Of a stretch of 64,000 bases of DNA, positions 60,471 through 64,000 are shown one piece after another. Origin of the DNA: Raja brachyura (lineage: Eukaryota); the NCBI GenBank assembly GCA_963514005.1, contig OY740807.1, positions 29,636,001 to 29,700,000 of the forward strand, in the 5' to 3' direction. Every line of letters starts with the position of its first letter. Position 1 is the stretch's first letter. Made by a program: the position numbers and the translations under genes. The notes beneath the pieces are model-generated. The model was not told the origin of the DNA. It saw only the letters and a list, made by a program, of their open reading frames with translations, and made no database searches.

Positions 60471-61364
60471 GATATATCTTCTCTGACTGATCTCTTTTTC
60501 TCTTCATTTCTCCATGAAAAAGTAGATTACAATAGCTTTCTTGCCATTGCATCAGACCAAAAAGATCAATGGCACATCACAGAGCATAAAGCTTTCCAAC
60601 AAGCTAAATGGAAATGGGAGAAAAGTAAATAGAAGCATAGCCTCAAAATAGAAGCATAGCCTTATTACGTACTGTTTGGACACAAGACACTGCTGCATCG
60701 AGCAGTCGATTTGCTTTGGGCCAGTAAATGACTCAGCGTTCAACAATCATAGCGACTGGGAAACTGAGTGCATGTTTAAGTGACATCATCAAGGTCTAAT
60801 GCTGAAGTGATTAACTCCAAACCGGCAGGCCCGCTGGGGCGCAACATAATCCAATCCGAGGCTGAAATTGAATGGGCGCTGAATTGATTCCTGCATACCT
60901 TTCCCAGCAGTATCTGTTCAATAATAAAACAAAATCAATTAGAAAACCTACCTTCTCACGTCATAAATTTCCCATCCTGACAAGTTCCTAACAAATGGCT
61001 TTCATCTATTTTTCAGCTTCTTATGATTACACTAGTTTTAGTACCATTATTACTTATCTGATCACAGTGGGAGCTCTTCTTGCAACACCTTTTTGTTCTA
61101 TTAGTTCTGGAACTCGGCTTATTGTCATTTGAATGGAACTCCTTGGTGACATGAATAATGGATATTGGAAGAACTTCAGTATCATTGCTGAGGACTCCCT
61201 GTTATAGCTCTAAATGTCTATTCTATTCACCTGTTTGTGTTTGGACTATATGTCAGGCATCTAGTCAAGCTTTATCTTCTTCTATTTATGTTTCCCCTTT
61301 AAACAATATTCTCTTATTCCCCTTTCTTAACCCATCTTGCTGAAGCAATGCTCATAAAGTTAAC

Positions 61365-61554
61365 GGGGGTACACAAAAGGCTGGAGAAACTCAGCGGGTG
61401 CAGCAGCATCTAAGGAGCGAAGGAGATAGGCAACGTTTTGGGCCGAAACCCTTCTTCAGACTCCTTCGCTCCTTAGATGCTGCTGCACCCGCTGAGTTTC
61501 TCCAGCCTTTTGTGTACCCTCGATTTTCCAGCATCTGCAGTTCCGTCTTTAACA
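61365..61554. mobile_element. Penelope-derived hairpin insertion with 14-bp TSD
   Basis: A perfect 59-bp inverted repeat at 61367-61425 and 61461-61519. The TSD ctcataaagttaac lies at 61351-61364 and 61555-61568. Confidence 0.88.
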
Positions 61555-62090
61555 CTCATAAAGTTAACATCCAGGTTAATCCGGAGTTAATCTTTTGACC
61601 ATTCTATTGTCTTCAACAAAACATTGCCTACTTCAGCCGCTGCAAAAACAGCCATGACTGATCCCTCCTCAGCCCACCTGTCTGTCCAAGCCTGTGTACG
61701 ATGTTTTCACTCCCAGGCCAAATTATTCGATCATCTCTCAGTGCATTTCCTGTTTTCTGCTCCCCATAGATTTCAGATTGACTAAAATTATTTTATTTTT
61801 ACTGAAGAACTCGCAAACTGTTTTCCAGAAATGTTACTAAATCAAAAATTCAACGATGATGAAGAAACAAAGGAAATTAGCACATGTAAGAAAATAATGC
61901 TGTAAAAATGAATGGCACTGGAAATTAGTAACTGCTTGGGCCTGATCATTTCCACGCCAGTACTAAAGGAGGCAGCTGTGGAAATAGTATGTTTAAGAAG
62001 GAACTGCAGATGCTGGAAAATCGAAGGTAGACAAAAAAGCTGGAGAAACTCAGCGGGTGAGGCAGCATCTACGGAGCGAAGGAGATAGGC

Positions 62091-62118
62091 GACGTTTCGA
62101 GTCGAGACCCTTCTTCAG
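62091..62118 (-). ncRNA. Minimal hammerhead-ribozyme-like motif in the Penelope pseudo-LTR
   Basis: The minus strand reads CUGAAGA-A-GGGUC-UC-GACUC-GAAACGUC, in the same sense as the Penelope ORF. Confidence 0.65.
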
Positions 62119-62350
62119 ACTGGTCAGGGATCAGGGAAAAGAGAGATATAGATGGTGATGTGGAGAGATAAAGAACAATGAATGAAAGATATGCAAAAAA
62201 GTATCGATGATAAAGGAAACAGGCCATTGTAAGCTGTTTGTAGTGTGAAAATGAGAAGCTAGTGCGACTTGGGTGGGGGAGAGATAGAGAGAGAAGGAAT
62301 GCCAGGGCCCAAGGGCTGAGGGAGGTGGGAAGGGGAGGAGGCAGCCAGGG

Positions 62351-64000
62351 TTAACAGAATTGAGAAAATTCAATGTTTAAGCCCAGAGGATGCAGACTCC
62401 CCAAGCGGAATATCAGGTGCTGTTCCTCCAACTTGCGGTGTTGCTCACTCTGGCCGAGGAGGAGGCCCAGGACCGAGAGGTCAGATACGGAATGGGAGAG
62501 GGAGTTGAAGTGCTGAGCCACCGGGAGGTCGGGTTGGTTATTGCGGACCGAGCGGAGGTGTTCGGCGAAACGATCCCCAAGCCTCCGCTTGGTCTCACCG
62601 ATATAGATCAGCTGGCATCTGGAGCAACGGATGCAGTAGATGAGGTTGGAGGAGGTGCAGGTGAACCTCTGTCAGACTTGGAAGGACTGCTTGGGTCCCT
62701 GAAAGGCGTGGATGGGGGAGGTGAAGGGAAAAGTGCAGCATCTCTTGCGGTTGCAAGGGAAAGTGCTCGGGGAAGGGGTGGAGCGGGATGGAAGGGAAGA
62801 ATTGACAAGGGAGTTGCGGAGGGAGCGGTCTTTGCGGAAGGCAGACGGGGGGGGAGATGGGAAGATGTGGCGAGTGGAGGGGTCACGTTGGAGGTGGCGA
62901 AACTGGCGGAGGACTATCTGTTGTATGTGCCAGCTGGTGGGGTGTAAGGTGAGGACCAGGGGGACTCTGCCCTTGTTGTGAGTGGGGGAATGGGGAGATA
63001 GGGCAGTGTTGCGGGGTATGGAGGAGACCCTGGTGCGAGCCTCATCTATAGTGGGGGAGGGGAATCCCTGTTCTCTGAAGAACGAGGACATTTGTGATGA
63101 CCTGGTGTGGAACACCTCATCCTGGGAGCAGATGCGGCGTAGACGGAGGAATTGGGAATAGGGGATGGAGTCCTTACAGGAAGCAGGGTGGGAGGAAGGG
63201 TAGTCCAGGTAGCTGTGGGAGTCAGTTGGTTTGTAGTGGATGTCGGTCAGGAGTGTATCACCTGCAATAGAGATGGTGAGGTCAAGGAATGGTAGGGAAA
63301 TGTTGGAAATGGTCCAAGTGTATTTGAGTGCCGGATGGAAATTGGTGGTGAAATGGATGAAGTCAGTCAGTTGTGTGTGGGTGCAGGAGGTAACACCAAA
63401 GCAGTCGTCAATGTAACGGAGGTAAAGGTCGGGGGTGGGGCCCTGGTACGTCGAGAACAAAGATTGTTCGATGTGCCCGACAAAGAGGCAAGCGTAGCTG
63501 GGGCCCATGCGTGTGCCCATAGCTACGCCTTGTGTTTGGAGGAAATGGGAGGAGTCAAAAGAGAAGTTATTGAGGGTAAGGACCAACTCCGCCAGGCGGA
63601 GGAGGGTGTCAGTGGATGGGTATGGGTTGCTCCACTGGTCGAGGAAGTACCGGAGGGCTTTGAGACCATCCTGGTGGGGGATGGAGGTGTATAGTGACTG
63701 GACGTCCATGGTGAAGATGAGAGGATGGGGGCCTGGGGAATGGAATGCGTGGAGCCGACGGAGAGTGTCTGAGGTGTCTTGAACATAGGTGGGGAGGGAT
63801 TTAACAAAGGGGGATAGGATGCAGTCAAGGTATGTGGAAATGTGTTCGGTGGGGCACGAACAGGCAGAGACAATGGGTCTGCCGGGGCAGTCGGGTTTGT
63901 GGATTTTGGGGAGAAGGTAAAATCGGGCCGTGCGGGGCAGGGAAACTATGAGGTTGGAGGCTCGGGGGGGTAGGGAGCCGGAGATGATGAAGTCGGTTAT
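62351..64000 (-). pseudogene. Penelope RT/GIY-YIG ORF with a single in-frame TGA at 62672-62674
   Basis: By manual translation the frame is open from 64000 to 62675. It then hits TGA and stays open through the GIY-YIG domain to TAA at 62351-62353. Confidence 0.88.

Larger units (their letters stand above)
61987..64000 (-). mobile_element. Penelope-like retroelement (RT, GIY-YIG and 3' pseudo-LTR), running off the window end
   Basis: Motifs PKIHK...RPIVS, MDVQSLYTSIPH, GVAMG, RYIDD, LPFLD and YKPT, then NLIYCIRC...IYIGET and RKLEEQ. The 3' UTR contains a hammerhead-like motif. Confidence 0.95.

Noticed and set aside
62390-62947. 185-aa plus-strand ORF
   Set aside because: It is the antisense frame of the Penelope ORF.

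Overview
This is vertebrate genomic DNA. The repeat content points to a cartilaginous fish, probably a skate or ray (inference). It appears to lie almost entirely within the large introns of a + strand syntaxin-1A gene. Two short coding exons are visible (43281-43355 and 53187-53260), and they splice in frame to encode part of the Habc domain. The rest is dense with mobile DNA. The main element is an apparently full-length 5.3-kb DIRS1-type tyrosine-recombinase retrotransposon (9074-14393) with intact ITR/ICR termini, ATT junctions and a single frameshift at the RT YLDD motif. A near-intact Penelope-like RT/GIY-YIG element sits at the right end. A dispersed family of short Penelope-derived insertions carries a minimal hammerhead-ribozyme-like core. 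The window also holds many CR1 fragments, Rex1/Babar, RTE and L1/Tx1 LINEs, tRNA-derived SINEs, Harbinger-like and hAT-like MITEs, a solo LTR, and a four-level nested insertion stack at about 17.8-20.2 kb. Most short ORFs in the supplied track are shadows of repeats. No searches were run, so family names come from motif recognition only.
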